A DNA stretch of 64,000 nt, taken from NCBI RefSeq assembly GCF_018977255.1, contig NW_024704762.1, positions 8,680,001-8,744,000 of the forward strand, written 5' to 3'. The position numbers and the translations under genes are program-made. Under the pieces are notes generated by a model. That model made no database searches. It was given only the letters and a program-made list of their open reading frames with translations, and had not been told where the DNA came from. The DNA is from Callorhinchus milii. Lineage: Eukaryota. This document shows, piece after piece, positions 48,001 through 61,100 of this stretch; position 1 is the stretch's first letter, and every line of letters starts with the position of its first letter.

Positions 48001-49084
48001 CTTGATATGGCCCCTTATCACATCTTCGAGACGTTCCAAAGTGAATTGACTCTATTTCGTGGACGAAACCCAGCAGCCAATTGCGCACATCAGTCACCGA
48101 GAGCTGTCGCTGCAATTTCCTGCCTCCCCCCCCCACCCGGCCCTCACAGTGTCTGGCTAGCGCTCAGGAACCCTGGTTGACTACTCCCTACATAGAATTT
48201 GAAATTTGTTTTGAAATAACCTTCTCTTCTTCCAAATAGCGCTTTCTTTCAAGTGGGATCTTTAACATTCGCGTGAACCCTGAGGAGAGGACCCTTTGTT
48301 CAATGTCTCGTCTGAAGGACAGAACCTCCAATAGCTTTTGGGGTATTATCTTAGGCCATGACATGAGCTCAATTCCTTAGGCAGAGTTGTGAACCCACAA
48401 TATTTTGACCCAGAGTCTCGAGTGTGGCTCATTGTGCCAGACTAACAACTTCTACTTTTAACACCTTCGTCCACATCATTTGTAGATGAGGAGCATTGGA
48501 TGATGCATTGCTAATAACTTGACCGTTACAGCTGTTTTCCTTTGGTCTTATTTATTCACCCATTTTACAAGATCCAGTGAGCTTTCACACCAGAAAGGCC
48601 AGAGTGGTTGTGAGGCATTGTAATCCAAACAACAAGATACAGTGTTTGATGTCCACTATATTTACTGTATCTATCATTTCATTGCTCTCAGAATCTTAGG
48701 AAATATATAGATAATTATTTGGGTAGGATAAATTTGCAGGGCTATGGGGAGAGCGCGGGGGAGTGCGATTGATTTGGATAGCTCTAGCACAGACACGATG
48801 GGCCAAATGGCCTCCTTCTATGCTGTATAATTCTATGATACTATGATATAGTGTGTGGGCTGCCTTTGACAGATATGAATTTGCTGCAATAACTGTCTCT
48901 CTCAATAACCGCCTCTGTCTTTCTTCAAAATCCACTTGACCAGGTTTTGGTTCCAGCGTCTGTTTGCTGCAGATGTCTGGCTCGCCCACTTCGCTTCCCA
49001 GGATCCTGGGAAAATAGCAAATTATCTGGTCTCCTTGCATTTAAATGAGCTGAGAACATTTCAATCCCATTTCCCTGTCTCCCC

Positions 49085-49116
<32 letters not shown>

Positions 49117-52100
49117 GTGCCCTCATTACCTGCGGTATTCTTGCATGCATTGCATCAAACCTGTTTTTATCACAAATATTCAGGACTAGAGTTTCTTAAC
49201 ATCAATCTCGTTGCAATTCCTATTTCTCTACAACCTGAGGAGTCTTTCCAGTGACCGGATGGATAATAGGTGCTAGAGTCTATTATAAAACATGTACCTC
49301 AAACCCCACCCCCTGTATTCCCTTTCTTACCAGTAGAATATTGACTGAAGCCCTTATAGGGGGACCTGAGCTCATAGTCTAAGGTTGGAGAGTACCATCA
49401 GAGGTGTCATCCTTCAGGTGAGATGTTAAACCAATGTCCCGATGACCTGTCCTTCAGGTGGACTTTAGAGATCCCATAACACGATTCTAAAAGAGCAGGG
49501 AGTTTCTCTCAGTGTCCCGGCCACAAACGCTCCAGATACAATCAGTCATTCACCTAATGCTGTGTAGAAAATAGGTATTTTGTATTTGGCTGCAAAAAAA
49601 AACGATCACTACAGTGATTACTGTTGAGAGTTTTGAGATGTCTCAAAGTGAAAAGATGCTCTGAAAGTTCTTTAGAATCATAGAATCTTACAGCACAGAA
49701 GGAGGCCATTCGGCCCTTCGAGCCTGTGCTGGCTTGGACTCACTCTTTGAAAGATCTATCCAACTAGTCCCACTCCTCTGCTCTTACCCCATGGCCCTGC
49801 AAATTTTTCCTTTTCAAAAACCTATCCAATTCCCTTTCTCACCTTGAAAGGCATCTGTTTGTTTAATGACTTTCTCACCATAAAACTAACCAATACACTT
49901 TACAACTTCTTCATCCACTTTGTACAATGTCTTGTGAGAGTGTTGTTTGTGCTGCCCTGCCCATTTCCTCAAACATTTGTGGCTTTTTTATACGGTCGAT
50001 ACTTCCTCCTTTTTAACCATATTTAGCTCTCATTTTTACATCTCACACTTCCCCACTTCTCTGTCTTATTTAACGTCTTCCACTGAGGTTCTGATCTCTG
50101 GTTTTGATACTGTAAACGGCACTACCACATGGACTGGGCTCCTTGCCCATTTTGTGCTCAGTTGGCCGGACAGCTAACGGAATCCTAAATCGGCCTCAGT
50201 GTCTCTGCAACCACAAAGCTCTGTCAGATAGGGAGGTCCTAGCCGGACAAGCAGTGGGGAAAGTTCACAGACAGCGCTCTCAAGGGCAAGCTGTGTGGTT
50301 TAGCTGGTTAACATTGTGTCTAATATTTTCCTAGATTAGGTAAGCAGGGTCCATCCCTCCAGACAGTGAGCGCACACACCATTCCAGACACAGGGCGATT
50401 TCCACGTGCAGGTGGTTTGCTTATGTGGAGCTCAGTCTGGTTTCGAGTCTGTTAAAAGTGCACGCGTGTTTCCTCACGTGTGAGATCAGGCTGACAAAAC
50501 AAACCCTGTGTTACTTCCCCTAAGGTCCACGGTTTGCCTGCAAATACACCGTCACTTCTCTTTACTTGTGAAGTGATTTGAGATGTTTTGATGACACTAA
50601 TAATGCTGATAAATCTTGCATTTGATATAGCGCCTTTCACATCGGGAACATGTATTAAAGTCCTTCACAGGATATACTTTGAAGTGCAGCGACTGAGTAT
50701 TTTGTAGGTGAAAACAGCAGCCAGTTTACCCACAGAAATGTCCTACAAAGAGCCGTTATGTGAATGACTAGATTTATTTGGGGAAATGTCAGCCAGGACA
50801 CCGAGAGAGAGCGAGAGAGAGAGAAACTCCCTTTATACTGGTTCCTATGTTTGAATGTCACTCCCTCCTCCACAAATCACACTAAATGGTAGCTTCATAT
50901 CTCAGCTTAAGAGAGCGGATGTATACGAGTCTTGTATCAAACACCTGCACTTTCTGCTGCTCTGTATCAAACAGTGAATTTATAATGAGCTTGTGATTTG
51001 GCAGGAAGTGTCTGTGTTGGACCTGGCACATGTTGAACGAGGAGTGGTGATCAGTAGTATCTCAACAAGGGTCTGTGTTAGCATCCGTGTTTGACAATGT
51101 ACAGTTAACGTGCCAGGGACTGACGGAGAGGACGTCATAACAGAAGAGTGTGAGTGTGTTCCAAAAAAATTAAATGCAATTAATGACTCTGGGATGAGAG
51201 TCTCTGCCTGTTCAGGTAGGCATTAAAGGTCCCGTGAGACCATCGGAAAAGAAAAGAGAGTGTCCTGGTCAATAATTTCCGGAATAAAATTAGTCATTTA
51301 CCTCATCGCACATTGCTGTATATAAAATGGTTGCCACTTTTGGCAATAAAACACACAGTGACTACACTTGACAGTCATTACTGTAAGGTGCTTTGAAGGG
51401 TTTTAGTGTGAGAAGACGCTGTATCAAACGCAGGTTGTTTCTAACCCAGTGAATTTTTTTTTTATCCGAACATTTTGGTATTGAATCCCAGATTCAAAGT
51501 GGAAGCAGAACTCCGGAACGAGAAGGGAATCTCGTGCGAGTCCGACACTCGTCCCTAGCCTTTCCCAAAGCTCTTTTTGTATGTTTCGGAGTCTGGCATT
51601 TAATAGAAATCGAACAGATGTGGGTTGGCAGAGGATTGAGCCTTCAGGCACGAGGTGCTGTGAGCGCGGAGGGTAAAAATAGGTGAGCGAAAGGAAGCGA
51701 CTTATTCTCATGTGTAATAGCAACCACTTCGCACAGTCTGCACATTCATCATCCTGTCTCCTCCTGTCGCTGCCTCCGCTCCAAATGTATTTCCTCAAGC
51801 TCACCAGATGCCCTCACGGAGATGGCTATGTATTGGGCAGGAACAGCAATAGTGCAAACAATAGCAATAAGTCCTAAGTCAGCAACTGGAAACCGTGGCT
51901 ATCCACTTCCCCGTTCCCCCCACTCCCCAACCCCCACATAACATCTATAAGCTTTTACATTTCAAGCCTAAAATTGTGGGACATTTTAGACCAGTAATCC
52001 GAAGAATTCTTTCGTCTGTCGAGGTTGTGGGGAAATTCTTTTTCTTTTATCGTGGTATTCGTTCAGCCTTTATCTGACGAGAACAGAGACTTTGAATCGA

Positions 52101-55100
52101 TGAGGAAGGTTGGGTGGAGTTCATTGTAGATTAACATTCGTTAACACTCATTGTGAGAGTGTGGCTGGACGGTTGGTGAAGAGATGGGTCTTAAGATGGG
52201 GGAGGGAAGGAGGGAGGATGTGGTGGGACTCTGGGATAGAGTTCCAGTGATCGGAAGGAAGAGGATCTGGGTTTGATTCCCAGGCGGAACAAAATCCTAG
52301 GCAAGTTTTCTAATCCATAAACCTCTGTTTACATGAAGTAAGTAGGAACCCAGTTATTAGTGGATTGGCGGATCACTTTCTGGGGTTAATAATGCCACAT
52401 ATAAAAAATATGATCACTCAATCCACCCGCGTGTGTGGGACGCTGCTGTGCGCAATTGGCTGCCGCGTTTCGCCCACAAAATACAGTCAATTCACTTTAC
52501 GGTGTATCCTGTGAAGCGCTTTGAGACGTCTCGATGACGTGATAAGACGCTACATCAAATGCGAGGATTATTATTATCGGAGGGGGTGGGGGGGAGGCGG
52601 GGGGAGGACAGAGAGGCTGAAAGCTCACCCAGTGAATTTCCAGGGAAGGAAGCATTCGGACAGCATTCCTCAGAATATAAACCGGACGCTGTTTGCACCT
52701 GTCAGAGTTGGATCAGTTACAGGGTTTCATGACTCCGCTCCTTCACACACTGCTGGAGATGAGCTTTCTCCCCTCGACGCTCTGACATCATTTATTTTCC
52801 AATTTATTCTGGTCGTTAACCCTTTGTTTCTCCCCCCCCAAATGAATCGATAGACAGGAACTCTTGAGTACTTAATGCAGCGAATGATTAGGAGGTCGGA
52901 AGTCAGTGTATTGACGTATTTTCTCTCTCGGAGAAACGCGTTGAAGAGGCAGAAAAGTCAGAAGGAAGCTCAGTTTGACGTCTCACCCAAAGGGTGGCAC
53001 TTTGACAGTCCAGCGATTTCCCACCCCCACCCCATCCCCACCCCCACAGGACTGCACTGGAGCGTCAGCCTAGACTGGGAGCTCAAGTACCAGACGTGGG
53101 GCTTAAACCCACAACCTTCTGACTCCCAAGGCGAGAGCGCTGCTGGCTGAGCCAAGACGTGATTCCTTAGGAGTCTCGCAGTTGAGATGCGAGAGTGATC
53201 GACTCGAATGTCAAAGCGCTCTGGGGCGCTAACCTGCTTGAGGGGCAGCTACATAAATGCAAGATGCCGTTGAGCGTAAACACGGACCGACTTGTCTCGA
53301 ACTCCTGCAGCCCGGCGCTCCGTGCGTGGGGTGAGGGTAGGAAGCCATGGCAGCCTCGGTCAGCCATGACATGGTCATGACATGACATGGTCAGGGCGGA
53401 CTTGGAAGGCGATGGGGCCTGAACCCCGTCCGTCCCTTCTCGTGGCCTGGAGGCCGGGAGAAATTCCTCCGGATGTGGGACTCTCCCTCCGATGTCAGTG
53501 TTTCACTGCGTCTGTCTGCTCTCATCCGCTGGGATCGCTCCGGTTGCCAAGCAACTGGGTTGCCCTGGCTACGAGGGCTGCAAGAATAGCTGTAGTGTGT
53601 GGGAGGGGGTGGCACCAGGATGGACCTCACTGGAGCCAGTGTTCAGGGTGTACAAAGGGCTCGGTCACACTGGCCAGCACGTCACCCCCCCTCCAATAAT
53701 ATATCGCGGAGTCTGTTTGCAAATAGATTTCTCTGTGTTTTTCTTGGGGTGGGGGTGGGGGCTTTTAGCAGATTTCAAGGGCGATCTTCCTTTGAAACTC
53801 CTCTTTCCTGTTTTCTTCTTTCAAGAGCAAATTGGATAGATTTCAGCGCGGGAGCAGTATCTCGGGATGAAGGGCACAGTTTGAGACACGGCCATGCGCA
53901 GGCGACTGCCAGGATGGCGGAAGGCGAAACTGGGTGGACCTCGGTCTTCCTCCGCCTTGGCAAATTTTTGTGCTCTCGGGTGTAGACGGGGAAGGGGCAG
54001 GAAGAGAGAGAGCGATTGACTTGAATGTCAAATTGGGAATTATTTCGTTGATAAGGCACTAAAACTTCCGATAGATCTCTCTCTTCTGTTGCACTTTGTT
54101 GCTCTGTCTCTCTCTCTCCCCTCACACTGTGCTCTACGTCTATTGGGTCTTTAGCCTTTCTGCCCCCACTCTTTGTAACTTCATCCCAACTTGGAATATA
54201 TTGAGATCCTCTCAAATTCAAGGGGCTGGGATGAAACTATTCCTCCCCACACCCGCCCTCCCCCCACCTCTATGTGTTCAGGACAAGTTACTCAGAAGCT
54301 CTACCGGTCTCTGTTATGGAGAAACCACTTTGTCTTTGTTTCATGTCATGAAATGTTTATGATCTTGACGTGTGGCAAGAGCACACCTGGGACTGGAGGA
54401 TGTCTCGGCTTACACACGCTGATTAATTAATGAACGAGAAATTGATCGCTTCAGACCTGCTGCTTTTCCTGCTTTCCCCAGTCAAAGCTACCTTGGTTAA
54501 CAAGAAGATTCCGCCCTCGGGCTACAGTCGCCCACAAAATATAGTCAGTTCATCTCTACAGTGAATCCTGTGAAGCGCTTTGAGACATCTCAAGGAGGCG
54601 ATAAGGCGCTGTAACTTGCATTTATACAGCCCACTTCACGCTGGGTAGCTTGTTGTTTCTGTTCACCCAACGTTACAGTAAATCCTGTGAAACACTTTTG
54701 AGACGTCCTCGATGACATGACAAGGCGCTATATCAAATGCAAGAATTATTATTCGTACAGAAATAGTGGGTTCTGAGTTCAATAATTTGAGACTGTGACC
54801 TCTCTCCCCCTCCACCCCCGTGAATAACACATGGAAGTCTAACTTGTATGTGGCCTTTTACCACCTGATCTGCATCCTTTATCCAGTAAGGCAAACTGTG
54901 TTGAGAGTTTTAATAGGGAGCTGGGCTGCGTTGGGTGGCGGGGGGTAGTAGATTTGGATGGGTGGGTGAGTGGGGGGGGAGGGGGGTTGTTGGGTACATT
55001 CTATGGGGTAGGTTTGGAATAGTTACTGGGGTAGAAAGCGCCTTCCGGTTGCCTGTTAAGGAGGACTGTTGGCAGCGCTGTGCGTTCAGGTTGCAATTAG

Positions 55101-58100
55101 GCCAAGCAGCTCGCAGGGGCTAACATGTTGATGTGAGAAATTGCGTATGAACAGCCTGTGTGTGTGTGTGTCTCTCTCTCTGTCCACTGTTTCCTTTAAT
55201 TCTGTGTCTGTGTGTGTGTATGTATGTCTCACTCTCTCTATCCACTGTTTCCTCTTATTTGGTGTGTGTGTGTCTCTGCCTCTCCCTGTCTCCCTCTCTC
55301 TATGTTCTCTGTGACAATCCCTCTGAATCCTGGACTTAAATCCAGAATAAAACAGGATCCAGATTCCCCCAAACCAAACACCTGCGACTGTTGTTTACCG
55401 GAATCAGTGAGGAGTTAAGTTCCAAGCCGAGTGCAGTCATGCATCAGGGAGGAAGAGACTTTTGTGGTTTATACAAAATCAAACACAACCCGGCAGTTTC
55501 AGCTAATGATAAATGTGAGAATAAGAGAGTGACTAGTGACATATCATTTCCACTGGTGGGTGAAACGGCAATAACACCATAAGACCTAGGAGCAGGAGTA
55601 GGCCATTCGGCCCCTCAAGCCTGCCCCGCCATTTAATAAGATCATGGCTGATCTTCTAACCTAATTCTATTTACCTGCCCTATCCCCCTATCTCTTAATC
55701 CCTATATCCTTTAGAAATCTATCAACCTCAGTCTTGAATATGTTCAAGGACTGAGCATCCACAGCCTTCTGGGATAGAGAATTCCACAAATTCATTAATC
55801 TCTGAGTGAAGAAATGTTTCCTCAGCTCAGTTCGAAAAGGCTGACCCTTAATCTTGAGACTATGACTCCTAGTTTTAGATTCTCCAACCAGGGGAAACGG
55901 TCTCATGGCATCTGCCCTGACAAGACCCTTAAGAATCTTATAGGTTTCTATAGGATCACCTCTAATTCTTCTATATTCTAGAGAATATAGGCCTAGTTTA
56001 CTCAACCTATCCTCATAGATCAAACCCCTCATCCCAGGAACCAACCCAGTGAATCTACACTGCACCCCCTCTAAGGTGAGTATGTCCTTTTTTAAATAAG
56101 AAGACCAAAACTGCACATGATATTCCTGGTGTGGTCTCACCAAGGCCTTATACAGCTGCAGTAAGACTTCCCTACTCTTGTAGTCTAACCCATTTGCATT
56201 GAACGCCAACAAGGCATTAGCCTTCCTACCTGCACTTGTGACTGGTGTACAAGGACACCCAAATCCCTCCGAACACTAACACTACCTCGTCTCTCCCCCT
56301 CTAGAAAATAACAGCTTTTCTAATTTTACTACCTATGTGAATAACTTCACACTTCCCCATGTTGTACTCCATCTGCCACCTTCTTGCGCACCCACCTAGC
56401 CTGTCTATTTCCCTTTGCATGCTCTATGGGTCATCCTCACAGCTTAATCTCCCACCTATCTTCGTATCGTCTGCGAATTTAGATATATTAAGTTCTATTT
56501 CCTTATCTAAATCATTGATGTAGACTGTAAATAATTGAGGCCCAAGCACTGATCCTCATGGCACTCCACTAGTCACATCCTGCCAATCTGAGAAGGACCC
56601 GTTTATCCCTATTTTCAGTTTTCTTCCTGTTAAACACTCTCCAATCCATGCTAATATATTGCCTTTAATTCCATTGGTTCTAATCTTACATAACAGCCTT
56701 TTATGTGGCATCTTGTCGAATGGAAAAACACAGCTACTGGTTCCCTCCTATCTAACCTGTTAGTTATATCTTCAAAAAAACTCTGTAAGATTTGTTAAAC
56801 ATGATTTCCCTTTCGTAAAGCCATGTTGACTCTGGCTGTTCATGTTATGATTTTCAATGATGAATAATAATAACAGTAATCCTGACATTTGATGTCAAGG
56901 CTTATCACATTCAGAGAATATCATAGACTATTCCCATCAAGTGTCGTGACTGTATATTTGTAGCCAGTTTGCATGCATCGATGCTCCACAAGCAGCCAAC
57001 TTGAGCTGGGATTCCATGAGACTGGCTTGTGAAGGGCTTCAAAGGCGACTGATAGCCGGAGATCCTCATTTCGTTAACCAAGAGGGCTAGACCAACTGGG
57101 GAGGGAGGAAGCGGGGGAAAAGGAGAAGAGGAAGTGTTTATGTGCTAAAGTTTTTGTGGTGAGAATGTGCAAACATAAAATTTCTGATACCTTCAATTGA
57201 GAAATAAAAAAAAAAGCCAAAACTGGGCCGAAACTCCAAACGCAGGACTGCCAGAGTGAAGCGGTGGTTGTGGGGGGCGGGGGGGGGGGGGTCTTAAACC
57301 ATCCCCATCTCCTGACTTGGGAGGAGTTCTCATTGCAGGGCAGACAGGAGGACCTCGCTGGCAATGGTTTGGAGGGTGGGATGGCCCTAGCTGAGCCTGG
57401 CTGATCAGATCTCAGAACCTGTCTGTGTTTCAACAGGGGGAGAAAAACAATGGCTTTGACGTACTGTATCACAACATGAAGCATGGACAGATCTCAGTCA
57501 AAGAGCTGGCTGACTTTGTGCGGGAAAGGTAAGAGAGAAGCGTTCTGAGACGTCTCGCGGACGTGATAAGGCGCTATATCAAATGCAAGGATTGTCATTA
57601 TTATTGATTTTTTTTTTACCCCGTCTTCCTGACACAGAGCCCTGATTGAGGAATCGTATTCAAAGTCCATGTGTAAACTGGCCAAGATGGTGAGCAGCAA
57701 TACTCAACTGGGGTAAGAGTCCGTTCTACGCAAGCGGGTTGGTCCTTGTGTTCCAATTGTTCTTTGAAGTGTCAAGGTACATAGAGAGACCCGAGGGAGG
57801 TTGGAGTTCCAGATTCCAGAGGCAGAGTGCTGATGGCTTGTCCACAAATGATGGGGCCACGCAGAGTTATGAGGCCAACGTATTCTTAGGAGAGGAGAAT
57901 AGAGGCCGGGGCAGTGGGGTGGTAGGAGGCTCATAGAGGTAGAGCAGATCGAGGTCAAGGAAGCGTTTGAATTCCTCTCGCGGGTTCACGCTTCTCTTGG
58001 TTTGGATTAGTTTTGAACCTAGTCCCCAGAGATAAAAGGTCACCATTACAATCAACAGCCACTCACCATTCCCTCCGGCCCCAAACAATGGTCCCAATCC

Positions 58101-61100
58101 ATCAACTCGGAGGCGACCAAAGGTGAAGTGTTTCTGGCCATCTTCCCTTGGGAGGCACTGCCACCTAGTGACTTGACTGGGCAATTACAGGTGGGCCAAC
58201 AGAGGCAGAAACACTGGGGACAGCGAACATCAACAACAGATTACATTTGTCGAGCGCCTTTCCAAGCCAGTGCGGCTCTGAGTGCTGCACTGGGGGGTTG
58301 GTGGGAAGGACATTGCTGCTGTTTGTATTGAGTGGCAATGGCAGAGTGTCAACGCTGTGCGTCCTGCAGGACCTTCTCTCCGATGTGGGACGTGTTCCGG
58401 ATCTCCTCGGATAAGCTGGCACTCTGCCACTGGGAACTGGTGCGCAAACTCCAGGAGCTGATTAAAGAGATGAACCGGTTCAGCGAGGATCAGGTCAAAG
58501 TGCACCGCAAGGTAACAATCGTTAATCTTTCCTTAATGTCCCGATGGCGCCAGAAATCGCACACGTCCAGCTCGGGTGCTGGCGCTTTCGCCTCCGAGTC
58601 AGAAAGCTTTAGGTTCAAGAACCACATTGGGATCTAATGCTCCAGTACAGTGCTGGGGTATTACTGCAGCGTGAGAGGTGTGGCCCTTCGGATGAGACAA
58701 CAACAACAACTTTCATTTATATAAAGCCCCTCATGCAGGGTAGAGTACCAGAGCGCTTAAGCAGAGGTGCCATCTGCCTGTTCAGGTGATCATTAAGAAT
58801 TCCACGGCACTAAAGAGAAGGGAGTTTTCTCTCTCCCGATGTCCTGGCCAACAATCCCTCCAAATAAAGATGCTTCTCCGCTTCACGGCGTTTTGTGGGT
58901 GTTGTTGACGTGCACAAAGTGCCTGCCATGTTTGCCTACAAATAAACAGTTTGCAGTTAAATCCTGTGAAGTGCTTTTGAGATGTTTCCACAATGTGGAT
59001 AAAGCGCTGTATCAAATGTGAGGATTATTACGAACAATAACTGACTCTGTGTGTGTTCTAGGACAATAACTACATTCCCCTCTTTATGTCGCTCTTGTGT
59101 TTGAGAGCATTGAGACTCAACAGATGCAACAAACAAAAGTTGGAATGAAACGTTTGCGATTCTCACGTTTTATTTCCTCCCCTGACACAGACGAAGGAGG
59201 AGGTATCTGGGACGCTAGAAGCCGTGCAGAACATACAAGCCAGCGTCCAACTGCTGCAGAAATCCAAGGAAAACTACCACAGCAAGTGGATGGAATGGGA
59301 TCGGCTGAAAAAGGAAGGAGCCACCCAGAAAGAGACCGACAAGGTGATTAATCCATCGTAAAGTACTGGCACTTGGGCGGTTAATGTCTCAGGATGACTT
59401 CAGTGTTAAAGCTGTCAGTCTCAATGGGGGGGTTGGAGGGAGGGCAATAATGCCAACAACAACAACAAATTACATTTATATAGAGCCTTTCACGTGAGAA
59501 GATGTCCCAAGGGGCTGAATGCCAGGATACTCTCTACGTAACTGGCACACAATTACTTTGAGAACAAGTTAAAAGGAAGGGGCGATTGAGGCCAAGACAT
59601 CAAGGATCAATATAAAAGGAGCTTGATGCTGTAAAGGGTGGACAGTAGAGTGGGTAATCAAATGAGCTCACGTACCTTCTTCACCCATATCTCTCTTATG
59701 ATCTTGAGCTGTGTATCTGGGTCTCTTCATGTTTCCAACACACGAGATGACAAGAAGTCCAGATAACAAAGGACGGTAGAAAGAGTGACCTCAGATGTTT
59801 CTGGGTTTGCCCTTTACTCGCTCACTCGCTCATTACTCTCTCACCACCCTGTCTGATTGTCTCCTCTTGGCCTGTTCCCGCAGGCAGAGGTCAAATCCAA
59901 GAAAGCCGCCGAGACGTACAAAAATTGCATCGAAAAATACAGCGCAGCCCGGGCTGACTTTGAGCAGAAGATGACGGAAACTGCCCAGGTGCGTCTGTGT
60001 CCCTTTGTGTCGTGTGTCCCTTTGTGTCGTGTGTCTTGTTGACTAGTTTTACAAATCAGCTGTTCTGTGCCACTCCTAACCCTCATTCTGTGTGTGTGTG
60101 TCGGGCGCTTATTTTCATCTCAGCAGAAGTTCCAGATGATTGAAGAGGGTCACCTTCGGCACATGAAAGGGTTAATTAATTCCTTCTCACATTCGGTCGA
60201 AGACACTCACGTCCAGGTGGGCCAGGTGAGTGGCTCAGACTTACCCACGGTTTTGGGGGGAGGGGTGATGGGGGTTGGGGAGCAAGCCAGCGAATTGCAA
60301 AGATTCTCACAATGTTTCCGGATAACTGGGAGAAATGTAGGGAGTAGTGATTAGATGGAGAGATGGGAAGTGCTTGGTGTGATGCAGCTGGTGAGGTGAG
60401 CTCTGTTTCCCGGCTCAGGTGCACGAAGAGTTCAAGCAGAACGTGGAGAACATCCGGGTGGAGGATCTGATCAGGAAATTCGCTGAAACCAAAGGGACGG
60501 GCAAAGAGAAGCCAGGTAAGCAGCTCCACTTGTGGCTGTCCCAGCCCTGAACACACGATTCTGTGAAACAATACAATACAAAATTACATTCGTATAGCGC
60601 CTTTCACGTCGGGAGGACGTCCCAAGGTGCTGGGAAACACCAAGGAGTTTGTGCTGCTTTAAACATTGAACGTGGATATTTAAGTGTCCCATAGCGTAGT
60701 GGTTAGAGCACTCACCTCGCAAGCAAAAGGACCCGGGTTTGATTCTCAGACAGGGCGAACTCTTAGGCAAGTTTCCTTACCCCACACGCCTCTGTTAACA
60801 GCAGTAAGTAGGAACCTGGTTGTTGGTTGATTGGCAGATCACTTTCTGGGGGTAATAATCCCCTCCTCACTCCCCCCCAAAAAATGACTGGTTGAGGACA
60901 CTGCCTTGCATAATTGGCTGCCCACATTTCGCCCACAAAATGCACAGTCAATTCACTTTACAGTATTTCCTGTGAAGCACTTTGAGACACCTCAACGACG
61001 TGGATAAGGCACTGTATCGAATGCAAGGATTATTATTATCATATGTTGTTAATATTATTAGATATGGCATTGATTCACTCTGACCATTGCTCTTTCTAGG

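Noticed and set aside
53914-53985. Possible alternative FCHO1 first coding exon (MAEGETGW...)
   Set aside because: Only a weak in-phase donor (gtgtag) and no homology support.
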